DNA from: Mustelus asterias
Lineage: Eukaryota
Direction of reading: 5' to 3'
Assembly (NCBI RefSeq): GCF_964213995.1
Contig: NW_027590141.1
Span: forward strand, 186,001-250,000
Length of the DNA: 64,000 nucleotides
Shown: positions 49,338-62,334 of the stretch, piece by piece
Layout of the letters: each line of letters begins with the position of its first letter
How positions within the stretch are numbered: position 1 is the stretch's first letter
Notes under the pieces: generated by a model
Seen by the model: only the letters and a program-made list of their open reading frames with translations
The model's database searches: none
What the model was told of the DNA's origin: nothing
Position numbers and translations under genes: made by a program

Positions 49338-50198
49338 ATGGAAGGGAAAACCACCGTTCACAATGGGGCAAAACTGTACACGTGTCCTGTGTGTGGACAA
49401 GGATTCAGACAATCATCTGCTCTGTCAAGACACAAGTGCAGTCACACTGAGGAGAAACCATGGAAATGTGGGGAAGGATTCAGAGACCTGTCTGAGCTGG
49501 AAATTCACCAATACAGTAACACTGGGGAGAGGCTGTTCACCTGCTCTGAGTGTGGGAGAGGATTCACTCAGTCATCCACCCTGCTGACACACCAGCGAGT
49601 TCACACTGGAGAGAGGCCATTTATGTGCTCCGAGTGTGGAAAGGGATTCACTCAATCATCTAACCTGCTGACACACCAGCGCACTCACACTGGGGAGAAG
49701 CCATTCACCTGCTCTGAATGTGGGATGCGATTCACTCAGTCATTCAACCTGCTGAGACACCAGCGGGTTCACAAGGGAGAGAGGCCATTCACCTGCTCCG
49801 AGTGTGGGAAGGGATTCACTCAGTCATCTGCACTGCAGACACACCAGCGAGTTCACACAGAGGAAAGACCATTTAAATGTCCAGAATGTGGCAAGTGCTA
49901 TAAAAGTTCCAGCAATCTAGTGTCCCATCAACGTGTTCACAGTGAGGAGAGACCTTTTAAATGTCCAGACTGCGGGAAATGCTATAAAAGCTGCAGTGAT
50001 CTGATGTCTCATCAACGTGGTCACACTGATGAGAGACCATTCAAGTGCACTCACTGCGGGACTGGGTTCAGGCGACCATCCCAACTCTCTGTCCACCAGC
50101 GAATTCACACTGGGGAGAGGCCGTTCACCTGCTCCAAATGTGGAAAGGGATTCACTCAGAAATACAACCTGTTGAGCCATCAGCGAGTTGACAAGTGA
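49338..50198 (+). CDS. C2H2 zinc-finger protein F (286 aa, 10 units, 8 intact)
   Basis: Open [15 protein letters not shown]..; acceptor TTTCACAG|GGTTTT at 49229. The second and last fingers are degenerate. Confidence 0.75.
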   Translation: MEGKTTVHNGAKLYTCPVCGQGFRQSSALSRHKCSHTEEKPWKCGEGFRDLSELEIHQYSNTGERLFTCSECGRGFTQSSTLLTHQRVHTGERPFMCSECGKGFTQSSNLLTHQRTHTGEKPFTCSECGMRFTQSFNLLRHQRVHKGERPFTCSECGKGFTQSSALQTHQRVHTEERPFKCPECGKCYKSSSNLVSHQRVHSEERPFKCPDCGKCYKSCSDLMSHQRGHTDERPFKCTHCGTGFRRPSQLSVHQRIHTGERPFTCSKCGKGFTQKYNLLSHQRVDK

Positions 50199-50599
50199 CT
50201 GTTGGAGTTTGATTCTGCTGTTTATCACAAATCACAAACATGTTGATTGTGGTCATTCGCCTCTGATGTAAATAAATTTGAGCCCACATATAAATACTAA
50301 TGTCCTGGATGAAAGTCAAATCAATCTGCTTTTATGTTAAACAAACAATTTGTTGAAACTTTTTATTATTTCTGACTCAAGTCCATTCCTTTCAAATGGC
50401 TCTCCCTCTCCCCTGTCTCCTCCATCCTGACCCCCAACAAAAAGTGTGATGAACTCATGGAGCTTCTTTGTCACTAGGATTGAGCCAACCCAATCAGCTG
50501 CCCCTGCTGCTTCCCTCTCTTCCACCCTCCCACTGAGCCAAACTAATGTATCTAAAGCCTCTCCCTGTCTGAGCCCTGAACCCACATCTTTCAACAGTT

Positions 50600-50860
50600 T
50601 CTTTCCTGTTTTGCCCTGACTCCATTTCCACTAAATTGCCGACCATCCAACTTCCCCATATTGGCTGACATTGTTAATGATTCTCTCCCTCTCTTCTCGT
50701 TTTGTTCCTCTCACTTTTAAATACACAAACATCACCCTTTCTGAAAAAAAACCCTTTGATCCCACTTTGCTTGCAAATTATGGCCCCATCTCCAGCCTCC
50801 CTTTCCTCTCCAAAGTCTTTGAACTTGGTGTCTCCCAAGGATATATACTTTTGGTCTCCT
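50600..50860 (+). mobile_element. L2-like LINE RT fragment
   Basis: KKPFDPTLLANYGPISSLPFLSKVFE resembles the LDP...NYRPISNLPFLSK.LE motif. Confidence 0.65.
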
Positions 50861-50865
50861 ATTTG

Positions 50866-51290
50866 GGCAGCAAGGTGGCATGGTGGATCGCACTGCTGCC
50901 TCACAGATCCAGACACCTGAGTTCAATTTCAACCTGTGTGGAGTTTGCACATTCTTTCTGTGTCTGTGTGGATTTCCTCCGTGTGCTCCGGTTTCTTCCA
51001 CACTCCAAAGATGTGCAGGCTAGGTGGAATGGCCATGCTAAATGTATGGGATTATGGGTATAGGGTGGGGAGAGGGACCGCAGATTTCCTTCCCCAGAGG
51101 ACGTTAGTGAGCAATCAGCAATTGGCCATGCTAAAATTGCCCCTTCGTGTCCTGGGATGCGTAGATTAGAGGGATTAGTGGGTAAAATATATAGGGATAT
51201 GGGGGTAGGGCCTGGGTGCGATTGTGGTCGGTGCAGACTCGATGGGCCGAATGGCCTCTTTCTGTACTGTAGGGTTTCTATGATTCTATG
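50866..51290 (+). mobile_element. SINE copy plus a second SINE 3' half
   Basis: GGGCAGCAAGGTGGCA head, core, and duplicated GGCCATGCTAAA segment. Confidence 0.75.
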
Positions 51291-52569
51291 GTTTCATGGT
51301 CAGAGCATTGCCCTGGGGTCTCTGGATTACTGTGCTAGTGACAATATCACTCTGCCACTGCCTCCTCAATGTACACACATAGGAAAAGGCCATTCACCTG
51401 CTCCGTGTGGGAAAGAATTTATGCATCCAATTTGAAGGGCTGTGATCACAATAACCTCAGACCTCCGGACTATTTTGTTTGTGGTGGATATTTAGTAAGG
51501 ATACTACCTACAACTGTTGTGGAGAATCAAAGACACAACTCCAGTCTGATACAGACCTTGTTCATTTAACCAAGACCTGATCACGTAAACCCCAATGTAA
51601 TCTAACATTGATTTGTCTTTCACAGGTCTATTGGACACGACCTCTCACCTGACAAGTACATGGGATTCTTTCATATTGAAACATCCCAGACAAGTGATAA
51701 CTATGAAGATTCAGAATATGAATGCCTTTTTTTTGTAATTCCAACATTCATCCATTCTTGACCATAAGACATCGGAGCAGAATTAGGCCACTCGGCCCAT
51801 CGAGTCTACTCTGCCATTCAACCATGGCTGATATTTTCCTCATCCCCAGTCTACTGCCTTTTCCCCAGACCCCCTGATCCCCTTATTAATCAAGACCCTA
51901 TCTATCTCTGTGGAGGCCACTCAATGACCTGGTCTCCACAGCCTTCTGTGGCGAAGAGTTCCAACAGATTCACCACTCTCTGGCTGAAGACATTCCTCCT
52001 AATCTCTCTTTTAAAGGATCATCCCTTTTGCCTGAGGTTGTGCCCTGGAGTATTCTGGTTAACACACTGGAATACTCCCTTGGCCCTTCAGGATAATGTC
52101 ACTGCAGTATATGGGATCTGCAGAAACATTCAATTAAATTCTACCAGCCACCTGGTATGCTTAACTGTGGAAACCCTTTTCCATTAAGGTCTCAGATTAC
52201 TACAGCAGATATGCATTGTTCTGACTCGACCAGCCGGGCTGTGGAATTAGTTGGATAGATCTTCCAGAGAGCCAGCAGAGACATAATGGGCCAAATGGTT
52301 TCTATTTATGCTGTATCATTCTCTAAAACAGTGAATATTCAGTATCAGGGACAGAGAGAAGAACCAGTGACTGTGCGATTGAACCCAGCCAGAATCAGCA
52401 CCATAAAGGGAGGAGTGAGGGGGAAACGGTAAAAAGCTTTGAAACCATTGCATGGTCCTGCAGCAGAACTTTGAGAAATAGAGCACAGCATATCACCAAT
52501 TCTCAATATTTCATTAACTTACCTCAAATGCTAACAATGTTACTTTGGACTAACTGTATGAAGTTTCAA

Positions 52570-53520
52570 TGGCGGTTATTGCCCAGCATTCGCTGCGGGT
52601 GTGAAAGTGCCCTATTCACGCCACAGGAGCCCAGTACGCAGGCGCAGCGCTGTATCTGGGGCATGCGCAGTGTCACTTTGCTCGGAGCCCCGCGAGTCCG
52701 CGAGACGCTTGTTTCAAGGGGTGAGAATCATAGAACATTACAGCGCAGTACAGGCCCTTCAGCCCTCGATGTTGCACCGACCAGTGGTACCAATCTAAAG
52801 CTCCTCTAATCTACACCATTCCAATAACATCCATATGTTTATCCAATAACCACTTGAACACTCTCAACGTTGACGAGTCCACCACTGCTGCAGGCAGGGC
52901 ATTCCACGCCCTTTCTATTCTCTGAGTAAAGAACCTACCTCTAACATCTGTCCTATATCTCTCACCCCTCAATTTAAAGCTATGTCCCCTCGTGCTAGCC
53001 AACACCATCCGAGGAAAAAGGCTCTCACTATCCACCCTATCTAATCCTCTGATCATCTTGTATGCCTCTATTAAGTCACCTCTTAACCTTCTTCTCTCTA
53101 ATGAAAACAACCTCAAGCCCCTCAGCCTTTCCTCATACGATTTTCCCACCATACCAGGCAACATCCTGGTAAATCTCCTCTCCACCCTTTCCAACACTTC
53201 CACATCTTTCCTATAATACGGCGTCCAGAACTGTACGCAATACTCCAAGTGCGCTCGCACCAGAGTTTTGTACAGAATCGGTGGGGCGGAGGGAGGAATG
53301 GAGCCGGGAGTCGGGGTGGGGAGGGAACAGAGGCTTCATAAACATCGGCTGTAGGCCACAAGGCCTGAATAAGAGCCTTCCGGTCCCAGGTTTGCAGCTG
53401 CAGGGATTTTATCCGGGATCAGGCCCAGTGCCGCGGCCGCCATCTTTGTTTAGTGGGGAGCAGAGCGCATGCGCGGCCAGTGGGCGGAGTTTCAGGATTT
53501 GGGTGACCAGGAGAGACAAT
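52570..53520. promoter_or_regulatory. CpG island interrupted by a CR1 3' fragment (52728-53275, -)
   Basis: NRF1-like GCATGCGCA/GCGCATGCGC and YY1-like CCGCCATCTT motifs flank the insert; CR1 ORF 52811-53260. Confidence 0.55.
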
Positions 53521-54187
53521 GTTTGAGCCATTGACTGACAGGCCGGGTTAATGGATGCTGCCTTTCACCATCTCAATTTGGAGCAGCGGCTCGCCGTCTT
53601 TTACACACTTTAATCATACAGACATTAGCGGTTACTTCGTTGTTAACTTTGGGTGATTACATGTATTTAGCCAATTGGGCTCCCCTAGCAACAACTGACC
53701 TCCAATCACATTCCTTCAAAAACAGCCGTTTGCAAAAACCCACAACTTCTTGTTTCGGTTCCGCTTTATCTGAAGCTAAACGGACCATCTGGACCTCGCG
53801 GTCTGGTTTTTTTTGTCTGTTCCGTATTTTTTATACAATAACAAGATGTAGCTCAAAGGTTAGTTCGTTATTTAGTCAGCAACAGAATGATCTTTGTTAA
53901 CCACAGGATAAGTGCTGGGCACAGCCAGTCCCGTACGCATTAACTTTCAAAGGTCGCAGTCTTAGTTTCACTCCAACACTCATCTCATTTATCTAAAATC
54001 CAATGAGCATAGATGCACCCTGCCGAACCTTTCCTCATAAAACAGACCCCTTCATGACCGAAATCAGCTCGTGAACCTTGTCTGAATTGCTTCCAATGTA
54101 AGTATATTCCATCTTAAGTAATCTTATGCTAGAAAACAGGAGGGGAGAATGTTATGGATTTATATTCGGGACTGACAAATGACTGTT

Positions 54188-54525
54188 GGGGGTGACACAG
54201 TGGTTAGCACTTCTGTCTCATAGCGCCAGAGACCCGGTTCAATTCCAGCCTCGGCTGATTGTCTGTATGGAGTTTGCACATTCTCCCTCTGTCTGTGTGG
54301 GTTTCCTCTGGGTGCTCTGGTTTCCTCCCACACTCCAAAGAGTAGATTGATCGACTATGCTAAATTGTCCCTTTGTGTCCCAAGATGAGGGGGAAGGAAA
54401 GGATTAGTGATGTATGTACATCAGGTTACAGGGATAGGGCCTGAGTAAAGGTGCTCTGTTAGAAACTTGGTGCAGACTCGATCGGCTAAAAGGCCTCCTT
54501 CTGCATTGCAGAGATTCTGTGATTT
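54188..54525 (+). mobile_element. SINE
   Basis: Full head, core and tail. Confidence 0.85.
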
Positions 54526-54655
54526 TGGAATCTCCTTTTACAGATGGTTAGAAAAAGAGGATTTTTACAGCAATCTCAAGCCCCCCAAAAATGTGTATTT
54601 CTTAATTTCAAGCCACAATTGACACATGACTCTTGTAATCTCCGTTTGCAGCGAG

Positions 54656-54946
54656 TTAGAATATTTGAAGATTGCAATTTTTCTCTGATTCCAGTGCTTC
54701 TGACATCTTGTGTTTCAGCAGGTTGGATAACTGAGTGAATCCTTTCCCACACACAGAGCAGGTGAATGACCTCTCCCCAGTGTGAACTCCCTGGTGTGTT
54801 TGTAAATGGGATAACTGAGTGAATCCCTTCCCACACACAGAGCAGGTGAATGGTCTCTCCCCAGTGTGACTGCGCCGATGAGTTTCCAGTGCAGATGGGT
54901 ACCTGAATCCTTTCCCACAGTTCCCACATTTACACAATTTCTCCAT
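54656..54946 (-). pseudogene. ZNF G, paralog of B, truncated in third finger
   Basis: [27 protein letters not shown] is nearly identical to B. Homology ends at ~54706. Acceptor at 55275. Confidence 0.8.
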
Positions 54947-55599
54947 GGTGCGGGTGTCCCTGTGACTCTCCAGGCTTGACAATCAGTTCAGTTACAACAT
55001 AACATGGGTGCGGTCTCTCTGCTGCAATGTATTTTCAGGCTGTTTAACTGGTTAAAGTTCTTTCCACAGTCACTCAGGTGTGTGCATGTTTCAGTGTGTG
55101 TGTGTCTCGGTGCTTTTCCAGTCACACTGATGTTTAAAATCTGAAGCAGAGAAACATTTCCATTCTAGATTCAAAGGTTGATGATATTCAGGTCCCAATG
55201 AACTGAGTGACGATGTTAGATTTTGATGTGAAGTTTGGTTTGATATTCGTCTTTAAATTTTCGCCTTCTGATATCCTGCAAAAGGAATTTACAAAGTTCA
55301 TCACTGTCAGTACAGGATAGAAATTCAGAACAGACAATTCTAGTTTTTATGGAGCATTCTTTCCTCTCTCATTCTCCAAAAGCTGTAAATCTCCATCCCA
55401 CACACTCTCCCTCCATTCTCACTCTGCTGTATCTAATATTCACCCTCCCAATTCTCCTGAAGGTGCTGATTGAGGCTGATTGACAGATCCATGCTCACTG
55501 CTTCCTGTCCTGGACACAGAGAGCTGAAAATCTCCATGCAGGCTGCCAAACAGGAACATGTCTACCTGACCGGCCGAACAATGTGTGGAATATACAGAC

Positions 55600-56470
55600 T
55601 GGATTCACTTCCTTTCCCTTCAGTTGCTACAAGTCCCCAATTTCCCCCAGAATGAGGAAAGAAATGGAAAGGGGGAAACATTGATTTCCTCCCAGATGTT
55701 GCCCAGAGGAGGGAGTTTCACTCTGAAGCTCATTGGACAACTTCCGTATTGTGACATCACAATGGAGCCTGCCTGAATCAGCCAATAGGAATCACTCTGC
55801 TCCGCGGTGACGTCTCCGGGTTCCAGTGCGCAGGCCCGGGTGCGCGGACCCGGGAGCCCCGCCCCCACCCATTGTTCCCCTCCCCCTGCACCGACTGGAG
55901 CCAAGGTTTCCAGGCAACCGGTTGGCGGCTCCAGCCAGAGCGAGAAGCTGCTCGGTGATCGCCCCCCCCGCCCCGCCCCCCCCAAAAAAACTGGACTGCG
56001 CATGTCCAAGGGAGAGGGGAAGCTGCGCATGTTCCGGGGAGTGCCCACCCCCCTGACCTTTATGCTTGAAGTGTTGACCAATGGAAAGAGTTGGAGGACC
56101 GGAAGGACTCTGGTCCTCCAGCAATCAGAGCGCAGGCTTTGTGTGAATGAAGATTGAGCTTCAGACAGACTGAAACTTCCTCCTGTCTCAAACATCTGTG
56201 AGTAAAATACCAAAAGAGAAAATGCTGGAAAATCTCAGCAGGTCTGGCAGCATCAGTAAGGAGAGAAAAGACCTGACCTTTCGAGTCCAAGCTTTGAGAT
56301 TTTCCAGCATTTTCTCTTTTGGTTTCAGATTCCAGCATCCGCAGTAATTTGCTTTTATCCTGTGAGTAAAACACTTTCTTTTGTCCCCCCTTTCCATTTC
56401 TTTTCTCATTCTGGGGGAAATTGGGGACTTGCAGCAACTGAAGGGAAAGAAAAGGAAGTGAATCCAGGGA
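55600..56470. promoter_or_regulatory. Bidirectional CpG promoter of ZNF G (-) and H (+); inverted paralog of 8159-8851
   Basis: Collinear reverse-complement match. Donor CT|GTGAGT at 56198. PLE-like hairpin insert 56208-56360 with duplicated CTGTGAGTAAAA. Confidence 0.75.
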
Positions 56471-56499
56471 GGCTGCAGACTCTGAGCAAAACACCATTA

Positions 56500-59400
56500 G
56501 TTTTTAAATAGTTCTGGAAAAAAGATAAGGCGTGTCCACAGGTTCAAACCCTAAACTGGAGTAGGGCCAATTTTGTCGGCATTAGGTAGGATCCAGCAGA
56601 TTTTGATTCGGTGAGTTTGTTAGAAGGGAAAGGAATGACTGGCAAATGTGAGGCTTTTAAAAGTGTGATAAAGAGTCCAGGAGTAGTATATTCCTGTTAG
56701 AGTGAAGGGAAAGAATGATAAATATAGGGATCCCTGGCTGACAAGGGATATTGAGGCTCTGGCCAAGTAAAAGAAGGAAGCATACATTGGGTTTAGGCAA
56801 TCGGGGACAAGTAAATCCCTCAATGTCTGGAACAAGCTGCCACGTAATAGTAGAGACTGGTACACTTGTCTTTTAAAAAGCATTTAGACAGTGACATGAG
56901 TAAGATGACTATCGAGGGATATGGGTGACACGCAGGCAATTGGGATTTGCTGAGTCATTAAAAAAAGGGTGGCATGGAGAAGTTGGGCCGAAGGGCCTGT
57001 TTCCATGCTGTAAACCTCTATGACTATAAAACGTGTAAGGGAACACTTGAGAAGAAATCAGAAGGGCAAAAAGAGGGTATGATATGGATCTGGCAGGTAA
57101 GGTTGAAGAAAATCCCAAGAGGTTCTGTAACTATACTGAGAGTAAAACGGTGGCTCGAGAGAGAGAGAATAGGTCCCCTTAAAAATCAGCATGGCCATCT
57201 GAGCATGGAGCCACAGGAGATGGGTGAGATTTTTAATGGATATTTCTCCTTGGTGTTTACTGAGGGAAACATGATGGGTGCTAAAGCAATAAGGGAAACA
57301 AGTGGTGATGTCTCGGGCCACACGCATATTACTAGGGAGGAGGTATTGCAGCCCTGAAGTGCGTTAAGGTGGATAAATCTTCTGGGCCTGATCAATGCCT
57401 CTATTTCTCAGGAGACGAAGGAAATTTGGCATTTCTTCTACGACTCTCACCAACTTTTACAGATGCGCCATCAAGAGCATTCTTTCTGGTTGTATAGCTC
57501 CAGCTCTGCCCAAGACCACAGGAAACTACAAAGTCATAGAGTCATACAGGTTTACAGCATGGAAGCAAGCCCTTTGGCCCAGCTTGTCCATGCTGCCCCT
57601 TTTTTTAACCCCGAAGCTAGTCCCAATTGCCCGTGTTTGGCGCATATCCCTCTATACCCATCTTACCCATGTAACTGTCTAAATGCTTTTTAAAAGACAA
57701 AATTGTACCCGCCTCTACTACTACCTCTGGCAGCTTATTCCAGACACTCACAACACTCTGTGTGAGAGAAATTGCCCCTCTGGACCCTTTTGTATCTCTT
57801 CCCTCTCACCTTAAACATATGCCCTTTAGTTTTAAACTCCCCTACCTTTGGGAAAAGATATTGACCAGCAGATCTATGCCCCTCATTATTTTACAGACCT
57901 CTATAAGTTCACTCCTAAGCCTCCTACACTCCAGAGGAAAAAATTCCCAGTCTATCCAGCCTCTCCTTATAACTCAAACCATCAAGTCATAGTAGCATCC
58001 TAGTAAATCTTTTCTGCACTCTTTCTAGTTTAATAATATCCTTTCTATAATAGGGTGACCAGAACTGTACACAGTATTCCAAGTGTGGCATTACCAATGT
58101 CGTTTACAACTTCAACAAGACATCCCAACTCCTGTATTCACTGTTCTGACCAATGAAACCAAGCATGCCGAATGCCTTCTTCACCACTCTGTCCACCTGT
58201 GACTCCACTTTCAAGGAGCTATGAACCTGTACCTCTAGATCTCTTTGTTCTGTATCTCTCCCCAATGCCCAACCATTAACTATGATTTCTATTATTAACT
58301 GAGTAAGTCCTGCCCTGCTTCAATCTACCAAAATGCATCACTTCGCATTTGTCTAAATTAAACTCCATCTGCCATTCGTCAGCCCACTGGCCCAATTGAT
58401 CAGGATCCCATCGCAATCCTAAATAACCTTCCTCACTGATCACTATGCTACCAATCTTGGTGTCATCTATAAACTTACTAACCATACCTACTAAATTCTC
58501 ATCCAAATCATTCCTAAATTCTCATCCAAATCATTAATATAAATGACAAATAACAGACCTCCAGTTTGAAAAACAACCCTCCACAACTATCCTCTGTCTT
58601 CTGTCACCAAGCCAATTTTGTATCCATTTGGCTACCTTACCCTGGATCCCGTGAGATTTAACCTTATGCAACAACCTACCATGTGGTACCTTGTCAAAGG
58701 TCTTGCTAAAGTCCATGTAGACAACATCAACTGCACTGCCCTCATTTACCTTCTTAGTTACCTCTTCAAAAAACTCAATCAAATTTGTGAGACATGATTT
58801 TCCACTCTCAAAGCCATGCTGACTGCCCCTAATCAGTCCTTGCATCTCTAAATTCCTGCAGATCCTGACTCTCAAATACCTTCTAACAACTTACCCCCTA
58901 CAGATGTGAGGCTCACCGGCCTCTCGTTCCCAGACTTTTACCTGCAGCCCTTTTTAAACAAAGGCACAACATTTGCCACCCTCCAATCTTCAGGCACCTC
59001 ACCTGTGACTATTGATGATTCAAATATCTCTGCTAGGGGACCCATAATTTCCTCCCTAGCCTTCCACAATGTCCTGGGATACACTTCATCAGTTCCCGGG
59101 GATTTATCTACCTTGATGCGTTTTAAAACGTCCAGCACCACCTTCTCTGTTATATGTGCACTCCTCAAGTCATCACGATTTATTTCCTCGAGTTCCTTAA
59201 TATCCATGCTTTTCTCAACAAAGTGTTTCTCAAAGGATTGTGAATGAAGCCCAGTCCATCACCCAAACCTGCCTCCCATCCATTGACTCTGTGTACACAT
59301 CCGGCTGCCTTGGAAAAGCAGCCAGCATAATCAACCCTCGCACCCCGGAGATTCTCTCTTCCACCTTTTTCCTTTGAGGGAACGATACAAAAGTCTGAGC

Positions 59401-59845
59401 TCGCGTACCAACCAACTCAAGAACAGCTTCTTCCCTGTTGCCATCAGACTTTTGAATGGACCTACCTCGCTCTAAGTTGATCTTTCTGTCCACCTTAGCT
59501 ATGACTGTAACACTACATTCTGCACTCTCTCCTTTCCTTCTCTATGAACTGTATGCTTTGTCAGTATAGCCACAAGAAACAATTCTTTTCACTGTATACT
59601 AATACGTGTGACAACAATAAATCAAATCAAGTGCATCCTTGGATCTTGTGGGAGTTTGGGGAAGAAATTGCAGAGGGTCTTGCAGAGGTATTTGCTTCAT
59701 CCCTTTCCACTGGCAAAGTTCTGGAAGACGAGAGATTGGCTAATGTTGTTCCATTGTTTAAGAAGGGTTGCAAAGAGAAGCCTGGTAATTACAGGCCGAT
59801 GAGCCTGACAACAGTGGCGGGTAAGTTACTGGAGAGGATTCTGAC
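56500..59845. mobile_element. Nested LINEs: CR1(+) 56500-57395 resuming at 59630-59845; Rex1-like(+) 57395-57532 resuming at 59235-59630; CR1(-) 57533-59220
   Basis: FLRRRRKFG..TLTNFYRCAIKSILSGCI (Rex1-like) is split by a CR1 carrying QHGF..SCLTNL and DFSKTFDKVPH. Confidence 0.75.
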
Positions 59846-60494
59846 CAACCTTTGGATCATCAAGGTCCGGTTAGGGAGAGTTGTCAGAGATCCTGGGTAC
59901 CAGCAACTTTAGGCATTCTTAGTCGACTTGAGTACAAACAGCACTGGACACCACGCATAATCCAATGTGGGGCCTTTAATAACTTGTGCACAAGGAGAAA
60001 CCCTGTGCAGCTGTCCCGCAAGTGGTTCTGATGTTACAGAAAAATAACTTGGCAATAATAGTCAATTACAGCAAATCAGAAACCAGGAATGTTTCTAATC
60101 CTTCATTGACGGACATATTCGCCAATTAAATCCTAGCTTTTCACTCTTTCACATTCAAAATTAATTTCTGCAAATGTTTTATTTGCATAGCATATCCCCA
60201 TATCTCGCCTTTGGTATTTGTTATGGAGAAATCTGGTCTTGCTCACCCTCTGGTGAAGGCCGAAAAGCAGAATGTTCTGGGGCCTACGTAGGTGAAGATT
60301 AGCCTGTTCGTGCTGAAATAGCAGACACTGACTCCTTTGAAGGTCTGCAAGCCGAAAAACATTTTCACTCGCTGTTAAAGAGAAGGCAGGAAACTTTAAT
60401 CTGAGCATTTCCACATAGTCAGCCCTGCTTCGTACATGTGTTAGAGTGGGCCAAGGCTGAGGCAGCTGTCGTATATATATTTATAGAGTGAGAA

Positions 60495-60667
60495 TAGACT
60501 AACATTTCGAGTCTGGATGACCCTTTGTCAGAACTCTGATGAAGGGTCATCCAGACTTTAAATGTTGGCTCCATTCTCTCTCCACAGATGCTGTCAGACC
60601 TGCTGACATTTTCCTGCATTTTCTGTTTTGGTTTAAGATTCCAGCAACCGCAATATTTTGCTTTTAT
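60495..60667. mobile_element. PLE-like tail (family 2), inverted pair with decayed hammerhead cores
   Basis: CTGATGAAGGGTCATCCAGACTTTAAA on + and CTGACAAAGGGTCATCCAGACTCGAAA on -. Confidence 0.6.
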
Positions 60668-61269
60668 CTGTATTTATATATCCAAATGTGCTATGTTAAC
60701 AAAATGGACAGTTACTAACCGAAATATAAAGCATCATGTGATTTAGCTGACTTGACCATATTCCTATAGTTATTCAGTCATTAAAGACACAGTCATGGAG
60801 CATTAAACTTGCCGAGCAGGGCCCCTCGTATCAACACACAGGCAGCTGCTTTGCGAGACTGCCAGCAGCACAGACAAGTCAGAGATAAGAGTGTCTTGAG
60901 AAGAGAGATTCATTTTGAAGGCTCAGGGACGGTTGATAAGATGTAGGAATTCTATGATTCTAATGAACATTCTTTCCTCTCTCATTCCCCAAAAGCTGTA
61001 AATCTCCATTCCACACACTCTCCCTCCATTCTCACTCTGCTGTATCTAATATTCACCCTCCCAATTCTCCTGAAGGTGCTGATTGAGGCTGATTGACAGA
61101 TCCATGCTCACTGCTTCCTGTCGTGGACACACAAATCATAAGAAACAGGAGCTGCAGTTGGCCATTCAGCCCATCGAACTGCCTCAACCATTCATTGAGA
61201 ATTGGCTGATCTACCGCAGCATCATTTCCCACGCTATCCCCCAGATAGAGAGAGAATAGAGCCAATGTT

Positions 61270-61912
61270 TGGATAAGGTTGTTAAGAAGGCATATGGTGT
61301 CTTGGCGTTTATTGGTAGGGGGATTGAATTTAGGAGTCGTAGCGTTATGTTGCAACTGTACACAACTCTGGTGCGGCCGCACTTGGAGTACTGTGTGCAG
61401 TTCTGGTCCCCACATTACAGGAAGGATGTGGAGGCTTTGGAGAGGGTGCAGAGGAGGTTTACCAGGATGTTGCCTGGTATGGAGGGGAGATCCTATGAGG
61501 AGAGGCTGAGGGATTTGGGATTGTTTTCGCTGGAAAGGCGGCGGCTAAGAGGGGATCTTATTGAAACATATAAGATGATTAGAGGTTTAGATAGGGTGGA
61601 TAGTGATAGCCTTTTTCCTCTGATGGAGAAATCCAGCACGAGGGGGCATGGCTTTAAATTGAGGGGGGGTAGTTATAGAACCGATGTCAGGGGTAGGTTC
61701 TTTACCCAGAGGGTGGTGAGGGATTGGAATGCCCTGCCAGCATCAGTTGTAAATGCGCCTAGTTTGGGGGCGTTTAAGAGATCCGTAGATAGGTTCATGG
61801 ACGAAAAGAAATTGGTTTAGGTTGGAGGGTCACAGTTTTTTTTTTTAACTGGTCGGTGCAACATCGTGGGCCGAAGGGCCTGTTCTGCGCTGTAATGTTC
61901 TATGTTCTATGT
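61270..61912 (+). mobile_element. Young CR1 3' fragment
   Basis: 183-aa uninterrupted ORF2 C-terminus; (GTTCTAT)n tail. Confidence 0.92.
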
Positions 61913-62334
61913 CTGGAGAGAGGAAAGAATGTTCCATAGAAACTAGAATTGTGTGTTCTGAATTTCTATCCTGCACTGACACTGATGACCTCTGTAAACT
62001 TGTTTTACAGGATACTGAAAGAGGAATCACAGGCCGAAATCTCAAACGCCACATCTAGATCTGACAGTCATATTCCTTGGGACCTGAATATCATTGGCCT
62101 TTGAATCGAGGAGAAATGGTTGTCCGGCCTGATGACTTGAAAAGATTTCAAACATTAATGTGACTGTAAAAGTGCCAACAGACTGCCACACAGGAGTGAG
62201 AGTGTTCCAGTGCACTGAGCTTGAACCAGTTACACAGCCTGAATAAATATCACACCATTCACAGCGGGGGTGGGGGGACTGTTCTGTGTGTGGACGAGTC
62301 TTCAACTGAAGAGAGAGGCAAGGACACCTGCACC

